Shown here one piece after another: positions 1-12,195 of a stretch of 64,000 bases of DNA (position 1 is its first letter; each line of letters opens with the position of its first letter). The stretch is from Thraustochytrium aureum (lineage: Eukaryota). Location of the stretch: contig BLSG01000172.1 of the NCBI GenBank assembly GCA_012862495.1, forward strand, positions 9,711 through 73,710. Reading direction: 5' to 3'. The notes below the pieces were generated by a model, which searched no databases, had not been told where the DNA came from, and saw only the letters and a program-made list of their open reading frames with translations. Both the position numbers and the translations under genes were made by a program.

Positions 1-134
1 CTGTCTGCGTGCGCGCCTCCATGGCGCGCCAAGATGCCCCAAACCGCCCTGCACCAGCCTGAGGCACGAGCCTGGACACGCCAGCGTCCCTGACGTAGCG
101 CGTCGGATAGCTTCAAAGGACAGTGCAACAAGGA

Positions 135-2057
135 CTACAAGGCCCCTGCCCGCGCCGCCAAGAGCACGTTGTGGAACAGGACCACGACCACCGTGATGTC
201 GTCCAGTTTGCGGTTGCGCGCGATGGCGTGCTCGAGCAACTTTTCAGACGCCCCCTCGGCAAGCTTGGCCAACAGCGACTGCTGCGCCTTTTCGCGAAGC
301 TCCTGCTCACGCCCAACCCCGCTCGCCGCCGCCGCCGCCTCGTGCCCCACAGACGACGCGCTCGAACCATGCTCCTCGTCCGCCATCGCTATCCCGCGCC
401 GGCAGTGCTCTCGCACCTGCGCGGTGACCTCCTCCTTGCCCAAGTTGTCCCAGAGCCCGTCCGAGGCGACCACGACGAAAAGAAAGTCGTTCTCGAACGC
501 AGGCTCGAAGATGTTGACATGCGGCCGGACAATAATCGGCGACTGGACCTCCACCAAAGCGCCGGACCCCTCGGCGAAAACCTTGTGCCCAAAGTTGCCG
601 AAAGCGCGCGTCATATTGAGCGAGTGCGCGCCTTCGAGGGCGACATAGTTGAACCGGTGCGAGGGACCGCGCCGGATGCCGTCGTTGCGGCTCGCCCTCG
701 TCTTGGAGGGCTTGCGCCGAATCCGCGACTGGGCAATGTGCTTGACCCTCAGGTAGTCCTCGTTGTCCAAGTCTGGGATTGGCGTGTCTGCAATCGTCAT
801 GGTCTCCACGTTCGAGCCATCCACGCCCGCCGCTGATGCGCTGTCGTTCGGATTGGGCATCGCGCTGGTGCCTGGCTCGACCCTGCGCATCAGGAACTCG
901 ACGTCCCCCCTGATCATCGTGTTGCGCGGAATCGGGTCCGCCACGACAGTGGCCACGACCTTTTCCACGATCGGTGCGGTGCCATCAGCCACGCTGCCTC
1001 CCGCTGGGCTAGTACTGGAGCTTCCCGCTTCCCCTGCATTCGACGACGGTTCCTCGTCACTCATGGGTTCCTTGGGCACTTGCTCGGGCATGCTCGGAGC
1101 GTCGACCTCGATCGCGAGCCCGCGGTCAATGGCGTCCGCTCCGTCCTCTTCGTCAACGACGTCTGTCATTCCATCGCAGCCCTCCGCGCCAGGATTTACC
1201 GACCCAGAGGCCAGAGCAGCAGCCGTTCCCGCGGTCGCTGCTGTGCCCGCACAGGGACCGGAGGAGGACGCCGAAGAAGAGGACGACGACGACGACGACG
1301 ATGCAGCAGACGCCGAACTCAAAGAGGAAAATTCTTCAGAGGGCATGAGCGACCCAGTCCTTTCCGCTCCAGCCCCAGCGCCAGTGCCCACACCGCCGCT
1401 GCCGTCGACGCCCTCCATCGCCTGCCTCGACGACCCGGAGCCGGCCACGTCGGCATCGGCGCCGCTTGCGAACGCTTCCTCTTGCGGCTGATGCGGCGGC
1501 AAGGCGGAGCGCGCGGAGGCGGTCCCAAACTCCCTGCACCCCGCCTCGCACGTGCTCTTTACATAGCCGCTCCGAGTGACGAGCACGGCTTCAGAGTCAC
1601 CCACGTTCGCGCAGTACAGTCTGTCGTTCGTGAACAGGATGACAGTGGCCGTGCTTCCCTCGTGCGCAGACCGCGGCGCTCGCAAACACCGGCACGGGGA
1701 CTCGCGGTAAAAGCTGCACTTGCACCGCTCGTCGCGAAACCTGGAAAACTCCTCGCCAAGCGTCACGACGTCTTGGTACAACGCTCGATCGCTCTTCAAA
1801 AAACTGTCATGGAGCACCTGCTCTAGCGCCGTGCCGTTCGCCCCTTTCAGCGACTCCTCCAAGCTCTCCAGGTAGTGCTCTACAAGGTAGGATGACGCGC
1901 CTGGCCCGCCGTGCCCGTCAAACACGCCAACGTACAGCGCCGCCTTGTCGTCTCCAACGCGCACCTGCGAGATCTGGAACCTGTCCTCGTTCAGGCCGCC
2001 ATTCTTGAACGTCGGCGCCTTGCTGCTCCCCGTGCAGCCTGCCGCAGCGTACTCCAT
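135..2057 (-). CDS. PP2C/PPM-family Ser/Thr phosphatase with a long low-complexity insertion
   Basis: Motifs NEDR, GVFDGHGG, GSTATV, CANVGDSEAVL, LNMTRAFGN, VVASDGLWD and DDITVVVV in the 640 aa ORF. Confidence 0.9.
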   Translation of the reverse strand: MEYAAAGCTGSSKAPTFKNGGLNEDRFQISQVRVGDDKAALYVGVFDGHGGPGASSYLVEHYLESLEESLKGANGTALEQVLHDSFLKSDRALYQDVVTLGEEFSRFRDERCKCSFYRESPCRCLRAPRSAHEGSTATVILFTNDRLYCANVGDSEAVLVTRSGYVKSTCEAGCREFGTASARSALPPHQPQEEAFASGADADVAGSGSSRQAMEGVDGSGGVGTGAGAGAERTGSLMPSEEFSSLSSASAASSSSSSSSSSASSSGPCAGTAATAGTAAALASGSVNPGAEGCDGMTDVVDEEDGADAIDRGLAIEVDAPSMPEQVPKEPMSDEEPSSNAGEAGSSSTSPAGGSVADGTAPIVEKVVATVVADPIPRNTMIRGDVEFLMRRVEPGTSAMPNPNDSASAAGVDGSNVETMTIADTPIPDLDNEDYLRVKHIAQSRIRRKPSKTRASRNDGIRRGPSHRFNYVALEGAHSLNMTRAFGNFGHKVFAEGSGALVEVQSPIIVRPHVNIFEPAFENDFLFVVVASDGLWDNLGKEEVTAQVREHCRRGIAMADEEHGSSASSVGHEAAAAASGVGREQELREKAQQSLLAKLAEGASEKLLEHAIARNRKLDDITVVVVLFHNVLLAARAGAL

Positions 2058-2474
2058 TGCACCCTGTGGCGCGTCGTCAGTGAACGGCGGCTCCTGATCC
2101 GCCGGCTGCGCGTAGTAGGTCCCTCAGTCGGGCCGCCCACTCCTTCCCTCGCCCTGTTGCCGCCGCGCCCGCCAATGACCACAACCGTATTCGATAGCGG
2201 CCTTCCCCTCGCCGTGCGCCGCCTCACGCCCGTCGCGCGACCGCGAGCCCTCGTGCGCGCCAGTGCTGCGACCTTGCCTTCCCCACCGTGACGCGGTCCG
2301 CCCACCAGCAACCTCAACCTCCGCCCAGTCGCCCAGCGCCCGCCCGATCGTCCGGCCCTGCCTGGCGCTCTCTCCTTGCTGCGCGTCCGCGGCCCGCCCG
2401 ACCACCGCAAGCAGCGTGCGCCGGCCTTGGCCCCGCGGCACCTCGACGAGGCCTCGTTTGTAACCGTGGGCCGC

Positions 2475-5400
2475 TCAGCGGCTGCCCGAGATCCCCGCGG
2501 CCGCACCACCCTTACGAGCAGCAGCGGCAGCAGGAGGGAGCAGCAGCAGCAGCAGNNNNNNNNNNNNNNNNNNNNNNNNNNNNNNNNNNNNNNNNNNNNN
2601 NNNNNNNNNNNNNNNNNNNNNNNNNNNNNNNNNNNNNNNNNNNNNNNNNNNNNNNNNNNNNNNNNNNNNNNNNNNNNNNNNNNNNNNNNNNNNNNNNNNN
2701 NNNNNNNNNNNNNNNNNNNNNNNNNNNNNNNNNNNNNNNNNNNNNNNNNNNNNNNNNNNNNNNNNNNNNNNNNNNNNNNNNNNNNNNNNNNNNNNNNNNN
2801 NNNNNNNNNNNNNNNNNNNNNNNNNNNNNNNNNNNNNNNNNNNNNNNNNNNNNNNNNNNNNNNNNNNNNNNNNNNNNNNNNNNNNNNNNNNNNNNNNNNN
2901 NNNNNNNNNNNNNNNNNNNNNNNNNNNNNNNNNNNNNNNNNNNNNNNNNNNNNNNNNNNNNNNNNNNNNNNNNNNNNNNNNNNNNNNNNNNNNNNNNNNN
3001 NNNNNNNNNNNNNNNNNNNNNNNNNNNNNNNNNNNNNNNNNNNNNNNNNNNNNNNNNNNNNNNNNNNNNNNNNNNNNNNNNNNNNNNNNNNNNNNNNNNN
3101 NNNNNNNNNNNNNNNNNNNNNNNNNNNNNNNNNNNNNNNNNNNNNNNNNNNNNNNNNNNNNNNNNNNNNNNNNNNNNNNNNNNNNNNNNNNNNNNNNNNN
3201 NNNNNNNNNNNNNNNNNNNNNNNNNNNNNNNNNNNNNNNNNNNNNNNNNNNNNNNNNNNNNNNNNNNNNNNNNNNNNNNNNNNNNNNNNNNNNNNNNNNN
3301 NNNNNNNNNNNNNNNNNNNNNNNNNNNNNNNNNNNNNNNNNNNNNNNNNNNNNNNNNNNNNNNNNNNNNNNNNNNNNNNNNNNNNNNNNNNNNNNNNNNN
3401 NNNNNNNNNNNNNNNNNNNNNGCAGCTGGTGCACCTCGGTTTCCAGCTGCGCGATCTCCACCTTGACGAGCTCCATGTCGAGCGACGCGAGCTTGTCCTC
3501 GCTCAGCAGCAGAGCGTCCGTCCCGCCTGGGGCCTCGGCCTCCTCGGCCTCGTCTTCATCTTCTGCGCCCTCGCTGTCCTCGGCGCCGGCCTCTTCACCG
3601 CTGCCCTCGTCTGCGTCAGCGGGCTGCGCAGCCGCACCTGCTGCGTCGGTTGCAGGGCCACCCGCAGGCTCGCCTGCGCCCTTCAACTTGCGCGCCGCGT
3701 TCGCCTGCCCAACGACCTCGTTGTAGCGATCCACCACCTCGCGCAAGCGGCCCTCCAGAGTGGTCACTTTCTTGGTCATCTTGGGCACGTCGTGCTCGTC
3801 GTACTCGGCCAGCTGGTTCGTCATCTCCATCAGGACTTTTTCGACCTTGTTCGCCTTGGCCTTGTACTCGCCGTACTGGAGCGAGATCTCGTCGAGGGCC
3901 GCCTTCTTGGCCCTTTCGCGCTCCTGAACCTCCTCGCAGGCTTGCATAACCGTCAAGGCGTCGTCTTCGATCGCCTTGAACTCGCCCTTCAGCTTTGCGA
4001 GACGCTCCTCGGTTTCCGTCGCCTCCTGGAGCGCCTCTGCGTGCGCCTTGGCGAGCTTGTCGCATTTCGCGGTCGCGTTCTTGATCTCGGCAAAGGCCTT
4101 CTGGTGCGCTTTCCGGTTCTTCTCCAGCTGCTTGTCGAGCGCGTCGAGCGCTTCCTTGAGTTTTGCCACCTTGGGCCCGCCGACGTCTGCAATGCGCTTG
4201 TGCAGCTCGCTTGTTTCCGACTCGAGCGCGCCAAGCTTGGCCTTGGCCTTGTCAAAGGCCTTTTGGCGCTTCTCGCGCTGGGCGCCGAGCTCCTTGAGAC
4301 GGCCCTCGTCTGCCGCAGACATGGCGCACTTGGGCCGCAGCGCCTCGATGTTGGCCTCCAACTGCAGGCGCTGCTTGCGCAGCTCGTCCATCTCCAACTG
4401 CAGCTTGGGGATCATCAGCTCGAGTCGGCCACGAGGCGCTCCAGCCGCGCCTTTTCCTTGCTCAGCGACTGGCGCTCGCTGCGCGCCTGTGCGAGGGCCT
4501 CGGTCGCCTCGGCGGCGTCGCGCTCCAACTCGGCGACCGACTCTTGCGACACGAGCCCGACGTCATCATCGTCCCCGCCGTCGCTCGCCTGCTTGGCGCT
4601 TTTCGCGCTAGAGGCGAGCTTCATCGCCCCGCGCTTGACGCGCTTGCCTCCGCCAGACATCGTTCCCGAGGTGTCGATCACCTGGCCGTCCAGCGTAACA
4701 ACGCGCCACACGCACTTGTTGCCCTTGTAGGCGATGCGGACGGCTTGCCCAGGTTGTCGGCAACCAAGGTGTCGCGCATCGCGTGGTATATGGCGACGCG
4801 GAACCGCGCGTCCTTCACTTGGACCAGGTCGAACAGGCGCGGGACCCCTTCGGGGGTCTCCAGCTCCCGATCCATCTTCCCGGCAAGGTGCTGCAGCTTG
4901 TCCAGGATGGCAAACGTGGCGCGCCCCAGCTGCTGGTCGCGCAGGTACCGCACGCATGTCTCGGCCCCCTTGGTCGAATCAGTCACCAAATANNNNNNNN
5001 NNNNNNNNNNNNNNNNNNNNNNNNNNNNNNNNNNNNNNNNNNNNNNNNNNNNNNNNNNNNNNNNNNNNNNNNNNNNNNNNNNNNNNNNNNNNNNNNNNNN
5101 NNNNNNNNNNNNNNNNNNNNNNNNNNNNNNNNNNNNNNNNNNNNNNNNNNNNNNNNNNNNNNNNNNNNNNNNNNNNNNNNNNNNNNNNNNNNNNNNNNNN
5201 NNNNNNNNNNNNNNNNNNNNNNNNNNNNNNNNNNNNNNNNNNNNNNNNNNNNNNNNNNNNNNNNNNNNNNNNNNNNNNNNNNNNNNNNNNNNNNNNNNNN
5301 NNNNNNNNNNNNNNNNNNNNNNNNNNNNNNNNNNNNNNNNNNNNNNNNNNNNNNNNNNNNNNNNNNNNNNNNNNNNNNNNNNNNNNNNNNNNNNNNNNNN

Positions 5401-6545
5401 NNNNNNNNNNNNNNNNNNNNNNNNNNNNNNNNNNNNNNNNNNNNNNNNNNNNNNNNNNNNNNNNNNNNNNNNNNNNNNNNNNNNNNNNNNNNNNNNNNNN
5501 NNNNNNNNNNNNNNNNNNNNNNNNNNNNNNNNNNNNNNNNNNNNNNNNNNNNNNNNNNNNNNNNNNNNNNNNNNNNNNNNNNNNNNNNNNNNNNNNNNNN
5601 NNNNNNNNNNNNNNNNNNNNNNNNNNNNNNNNNNNNNNNNNNNNNNNNNNNNNNNNNNNNNNNNNNNNNNNNNNNNNNNNNNNNNNNNNNNNNNNNNNNN
5701 NNNNNNNNNNNNNNNNNNNNNNNNNNNNNNNNNNNNNNNNNNNNNNNNNNNNNNNNNNNNNNNNNNNNNNNNNNNNNNNNNNNNNNNNCTCGCCGAGCTC
5801 CTCGACCCGCTTCGACGCAGCCTCGATGGCCTCGACGTACTTGTTTGACCCAACGATGTCTTCCAGGTACTCGAGCAAGCCGTCCTCGTGCTCGTTGGGC
5901 GCCTTGGGCTTCATCAGCGAGATTTGCTCCACTTCGCCCTGCAGGATCAGGAACCGGTTATTGTGCAGGTCGATCCCGCGGTCCATCAGCAGCTTGGCCA
6001 CTTCGCCGAACGACTGCTTTCGCCCGTCCACAAAGTACTCGGACTTGTTGTTCTGGTGAGCGGTGCGCGTCACCTCCAGCTCTGAGCCGGCCACCACATC
6101 GAAGGCGTCGTCGTCCTCGGGCGAGCGCGGAGCGCGGTCCACAATGTTCTGGAACCGCACGGTCACCCTTGCGGACTGGCAGTCCGGGTGCCCCGACGAG
6201 TTGTGGATCAGCTCGGACACCTTGTTGAGCCGCAGCTTCTTGGCGCGCTTGCCGAAAACGAACAGCATCGCGTCGATCACGTTGCTCTTCCCGGACCCGT
6301 TCGGGCCCACCACCGCGCTGAAGCACTTGTGGAAGGGTCCCAATCTTCTTGACGCCTGCGTACGACTTGAAGTTTTCCAGCACCAGCTCCTTTATCATCA
6401 ACCTCGAGCCAGGAAACGGGCTTTCGTGCACGGCCTGCTCCAAGCCGCCCTCTCTGCGGGCATCCTCCTCCATATCCTCCTCCACATCCTCCTCTTCCAC
6501 ATCCTCCTCCTCCGCGCGGTCCACGCGGTCGCCGCCGTCGTCCAT
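2475..6545 (-). CDS. SMC4: Condensin subunit SMC4 (gapped, about 3 apparent frameshifts; C-terminal ATPase half presumably in gap 2556-3421)
   Basis: LMIKELVLENFKSYAG / GPFHKCFSAVVGPNGSGKSNVIDAMLFVFG (Walker A), RFLILQGEVEQISLMKPK, hinge GRATFAILDKL and RVVTLDGQVIDTSGTMSGGG, coiled coil. ATG at 6545; the 3' end is uncertain. Confidence 0.93.
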
Positions 6546-7952
6546 CGTCGCTTTCGCGCCCGCAAACCCACCAAGAGTAATTATTATCCAACCAGTGCAG
6601 CCGCCACCCGAGCCTGGTGTGACCCAGTCGACGGTGCCGCGCAGCGCCGCCTGTGCTCGTGGCGGTACGCAGCACACTGCACGCTGCACGCCTGCGCGCG
6701 GTGCTCCTCCTCCTCCTCCGCCGCCGCCGCCGCCGCCGCCTCCTTGCCCTCGCTCCCTCGCGTTCGGTGTCTGCCGGGCGCTTCCTGTCGTGCTGGCTGG
6801 CAGCTCTGCCAGAGACTGCACATTTAGCGAGAGGGGAACGGCGATCCACAGTAGGGAACGCCTCCGTTTGCCTCACAGAATTTGAATTGCCGTTTGTTAG
6901 GGCAACTGCAGCTGTGAGGGATAACCGCTGAGGTGCCTCGCCAACAACCGCCGCGGCAGAGACGAACAAAGAACCGGCTCGTTCGGCTTTTGAATGCGTT
7001 CCGCAAGGGAACGCTTGGCTGTTCGTTTTCGGTCCGTTGCGGCTTTGGTGTTTTGTCGGTGCGCCACGGGGCTGCTGGCTTGCACAGCAGGCATCCTGCA
7101 GCGCGCGCCGGGGCGCCCCGGCCGGGGCCACCCGGAAGGCGCAGGGCCAGGCTTTTCTCTCGCGTTCCCCGCAAGGTTGGTCCTCGTTGGCTCGGGGCGC
7201 GAAAACAAAAAAGCAAACCTGAGACGCTCGCGAGTTCAGTCGCGAGCTGAGGTTTCCGGTTGTTGGAGTGCCTTACCGCTGCGCTTCTTTGCGTTGTTCG
7301 TCACGCGCTGGTATTGCCATCGCCACTGGCGCTGGCTGCCAGGAGTTTATTAAAACACGTTTGTCGGGATGGAATGTCCCCGGTCGATTTTGAAGTGGAG
7401 AAATGCCAGTGTCCTCGCCTTTCACGAGTCTGGCGAAAAGCTGAGGAGTGACTTGGAGAAGTAACAGNNNNNNNNNNNNNNNNNNNNNNNNNNNNNNNNN
7501 NNNNNNNNNNNNNNNNNNNNNNNNNNNNNNNNNNNNNNNNNNNNNNNNNNNNNNNNNNNNNNNNNNNNNNNNNNNNNNNNNNNNNNNNNNNNNNNNNNNN
7601 NNNNNNNNNNNNNNNNNNNNNNNNNNNNNNNNNNNNNNNNNNNNNNNNNNNNNNNNNNNNNNNNNNNNNNNNNNNNNNNNNNNNNNNNNNNNNNNNNNNN
7701 NNNNNNNNNNNNNNNNNNNNNNNNNNTGCACAGCCGCAACGCGGGGCGGTGTGCACTCGCATGCACGACTCTCGTCACAGGGAGGGTCCTGAAGACGTGC
7801 TCAGCGTTGTTCTCGTTCTCGCCAGCGGCGGAAGCCAGCCTGCTGGACGCGGCGGCGCCGAGCCGGGCATCCGCAGACCCCGAACGAATCCGTCGAGGCA
7901 GCTTGGCAAGTGCGAGTAAATTGGCGGGGATAACGACGAGGGCGGTGCGAGA

Positions 7953-10900
7953 ATGTCTTCAACGGTGAGCGGGTCCTGGGGCGGCGTGCCCCGCGAGCTG
8001 CGGCAGGGGTGGGCCGAGCGACTCGAGGCGGCCTCGCAACGCAGCAACGACGGCTTGCGCACGATGGAAAGGGCGCAGGTTGTCCGTGTCGCACGCGGCG
8101 GTCCTGCAGAGGAGAGCCAGGAGGCCCGACCCACGGTCCGCGTGTTTCTGTCCTCTACTTTTACCGACACCCGCGTCGAGCGCGACTTGCTGATTGCAGA
8201 CGCCTACCCGTACTTGAGGGCGCTCGGACGACGACTGGGCGTTGAGTTTCTGCAGCCCTCCGAGATGCGCTGGGGCATCCACTCGAGCGCGTCTGCCGAA
8301 CACCAGACGAGCGCAATCTGGTCCACGAGGTCCAACGCTGCTTGAATGAAAGCTCGGGCCTCGCCTTCGTGCTCTTGCTCGGAGACAAATTCGGATTTGC
8401 ACGTGTTCCCGCCAGCATCGAGTCGAGCGACTTTGCGCGTGTCGTTGCCGCGGCTCCAACCGAGGAGGAGCGTGCGGTGCTGAAAACCTGGTTCGTGCAG
8501 GACACGAACAGCATCCCGAACGTCCACGAGCTGCGCCGCGTCGCGGCACACGAAGATGCGGAGCAGTTCTGGGCGGTAACATATCCAAAGCTGCGCTCTT
8601 TGCTCCGCGCAGGGGCTGATGTGGCCTTCGCCGGCGACGCGAAGAAACGCGACATGTTTTACGAGTCGGTGACGGAGGAGGAGGTGCGCAATGGCATCCT
8701 GGAGCTTGCTGATGAAGAGCGCCCACGCCGAGCCTTTGTGTTTCACCGCGTCCTGACCGACCTGGAAGACCAACTTGAGACGCTTCCAATCGGCGAGCAA
8801 GAGCGGCTAGCCAACTACGTGGACATGGGCGGCCCGGGCGAGTGGCTCAACAGCGAAGCCCGCTTGCGTCTGACCTCGGTCGTTACGCAGCGCGTCGTCG
8901 ACGCGGTACCAGCGGCCAGCGTCGAGACGTTCCATGTGGAGCTCGGGCCAGGCCAGATCGACCAGGGCTCGCACGACGAATACCTTCATAGATTCGTGGA
9001 CGCATTCTGCTCCGTGCTGGCATCCTCCATCGAAGAGTGCGCTGCAAACCGCGTGGCACCGCCGTCCGCGCTGGAAGGGCGCATTTACAACGAGGCTGCC
9101 TCGCACAACGCCTACGTGCGGGCTCGCGCGAGCTCCTTTCTCAAGAACGCGTCCAACCAGGCCGCCTACGCCGCTGCGGAGAGCTACCTGGTCCCCAACG
9201 AGGAGCCGACCGCCGCATTTGTTGTCCACGCCGAGAGCGGGGCGGGCAAGACATCTTTCATGGCGAGCTTGGCCGCCAGCGTGCTCGCGACCCAAGCCGA
9301 AGCCGTCGTGATTTCGAGGTTCCTCGGCACGACCATCGCGTCGAGTACCGGGCGCGGCCTTCTAACCTCGCTCTGCAATCAGATCGCACTCGCATTTGGG
9401 ACTCTCGACGCGTCCGAGGCGGAGAACATGGCGAGCGAAGACCTGGAAGCCCTAGGCCGCCGCCTCACGACGGTTCTGCCTCTCGCGACGGCGCAACGGC
9501 CGCTCTACCTTTTCCTTGATGCACTGGATCAGCTATCGCCGGAAGATAACGCGCTCGCTCTGGAATGGCTCCCCGCCGTCGGCTCCCTCCACATGTGCGC
9601 CTCGTCGTCAGCGTCTTGCCCGACGAAGGCAGCGACAACGANNNNNNNNNNNNNNNNNNNNNNNNNNNNNNNNNNNNNNNNNNNNNNNNNNNNNNNNNNN
9701 NNNNNNNNNNNNNNNNNNNNNNNNNNNNNNNNNNNNNNNNNNNNNNNNNNNNNNNNNNNNNNNNNNNNNNNNNNNNNNNNNNNNNNNNNNNNNNNNNNNN
9801 NNNNNNNNNNNNNNNNNNNNNNNNNNNNNNNNNNNNNNNNNNNNNNNNNNNNNNNNNNNNNNNNNNCCTCAGAACGTGGCCTCCCTGGACAAAACCTCGC
9901 CTGACGACGGCTTGGTTCTCGTAAAGAGCTGGCTCCGCTTTGCCAACCGCTCTTTGACCCCAGAACAGGAGGCGCTCGTGGTTAAGGCCGCTCGCAAGAC
10001 GAGCTCGCCTACACCGCTCTACTTTAATCTCGTGTTCAACGCTGCCAGACTTTGGCGTTCGTACACCGCCCGTGACGAGACCCGCCTCTTCACGAGTGTG
10101 CATGAAGCCGTCAACGCGGTTTTCAACAACCTTCACAGGGGCCATGGCGAGACCTTTGTAAGAGTAGCCCTTGGCTTGCTGACTGCCGCCCCGCTCACCG
10201 AGAACGAGCTCATCGACATTCTTTCATTGAACGACGCAGTGCTCGATGCCGTATTCGAGTGGTGGACGCCCCCGATTCGTCGTCTCCCGCCGCTCGTCTG
10301 GACCCGCCTTGGGGACGGCCTTGCTGGCTACCTCACCAAGCGCAGCGGCGATGACGGGTCCGTTGTCCTGGCTTGGTTCCACCGGCAGTTCCTCGAGCAG
10401 GCGCGCAAGACCTATCTTGACAGCGCCGCGGCGCAGACCCATCAGGCCATCGCTGACTATTTTGACGACGCCGTCGACGCGGAGAAGAAGCTCGAGCGTT
10501 TCACCACGCCGCAGCCGCTCTACCTCCCCGGAAACGGCGACGTCAACGAACGCAAGGTGCGCATGCTCCCATTTCACCTGCGCCTTGCTGGCAACTTGGA
10601 CCGCCTCAAGGAGGTCCTCCTCGACCTCGACATGTTGGACGCGGCACTCAACCTCGACTCGGCAACGATGCTCCGCGTGCTCGAGTATTGGCGCGAGGCG
10701 CTGGGCGGCAACAATGCTGCTTCCCAGGCATACCTCGCGCAGGACTTTGCCGCGCTTCGGCACCGCCGAGCCGTAGGCAAGCTCATGCGGCTCATGGGCC
10801 GCTACCATGACGCTGTGTGCGTCCTTCGGCCGGCTCTGGGCGAAACGGTCGCGGGGGATGTCGATGCAAAGCAGATGCTGCTTCTCAAGACAGAGCTTGC

Positions 10901-11909
10901 CGACGCGCTCAACCTCAAGTCGGACTACGCTGAAGCAGAGGTACTCTACCTCGAGGTGCTGCAGGCGATTGGTGACTCGGACCCTGAACAGGTGGTCGAC
11001 ATCGGCATTCGCTTCGGGCAAATGCTGGTGCATCTTGGGCGCTATGCTCAAGCCAGGGAGCGGTTTGAGGTTGCGCTCGCCAACGCCGAGGCGCTGCATG
11101 GCCCGGACCACTTGCTGGTGGCGTCTGTGTGCGAAAAGTATGCAGACCTGTTGCGAACGCAGGTCCGGTTCGATCCGGAAGCCAGCAACACCGACAACCT
11201 CACCGAGGAGCTCTTCGCTCGCTCGGTCTCTATTCGCAAGCGCCTGCTCGGAGACGACCACCTTGACACAGCGCAAGCGTCGTTCGGGTTGGCCAGGTTT
11301 TTCCTTTACCTTCGCCGCTTCGACGAGGCTCGAGAGCTGCTCAACCAAGTTGCAGCTTGCAAGTTGAACCTGCTGGGGAAAGACCACCCTGACGTGACGC
11401 AAGTCGAGTACAACATTGGGGATCCTTGAGACGGAGAGCGGCAATTTTGCGCTTGCGGAGCAGATCTTCCGAATCGTCTTGACCACGTGGTGCAAGACGC
11501 TCGGCGACGACCACCCGTACGTGGCGACGGCATTGCAGGCCGAGTCCAAGCTCTTTGTCAAGATCGGTCGCGTTGAGGATGCAAAAGCTGCCTTGCGCCG
11601 CTGCCTCGAGATTCGCGAGCACCGCTTTTCGGTGTTGCACCCGAGGTACTTGGACGCGAAGAGGGAGCTTGACGCTATGCTCGAGCAGACTGGTCCTGCC
11701 CCCCCGGACGGCGCTGGCGCATCGACGACGAGACAAGCCGCCAACACCTCTCAGGCCAGGCCGCGCGGCGCTGCTAGCAACAGCCGAGAGGCGACAGGGC
11801 AAGTGGCAAGGCCCAGCGCTCGGGCTGTGCTGCAATGTAGGAGCGCAAGGTCGTCAACCAAGCTCGAACGAATGAGCAGAGACGCAGAGCAACTCGCGAG
11901 TAAACTCGA
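7953..11909 (+). CDS. DUF4062 - NACHT/STAND NTPase - TPR protein (NWD/NPHP3-like; frameshifted and gapped)
   Basis: VRVFLSSTFTDTRVERDLL...EMRWG (DUF4062), SVTEEEVRNG, Walker A HAESGAGKTS, Walker B LYLFLDALDQL, PPIRRLPPLVWTRL, WFHRQF, then kinesin-light-chain-type TPRs (LGDDHLDTA, LGKDHPDV, LGDDHPYVA). Split over ORFs 7953, 8342, 9516 and 11416. Confidence 0.85.
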
Positions 11910-12195
11910 NNNNNNNNNNNNNNNNNNNNNNNNNNNNNNNNNNNNNNNNNNNNNNNNNNNNNNNNNNNNNNNNNNNNNNNNNNNNNNNNNNNNNNNNNNN
12001 NNNNNNNNNNNNNNNNNNNNNNNNNNNNNNNNNNNNNNNNNNNNNNNNNNNNNNNNNNNNNNNNNNNNNNNNNNNNNNNNNNNNNNNNNNNNNNNNNNNN
12101 NNNNNNNNNNNNNNNNNNNNNNNNNNNNNNNNNNNNNNNNNNNNNNNNNNNNNNNNNNNNNNAGAGCCCTCCAGAGAACTAGCAAGGGTAGAAAA

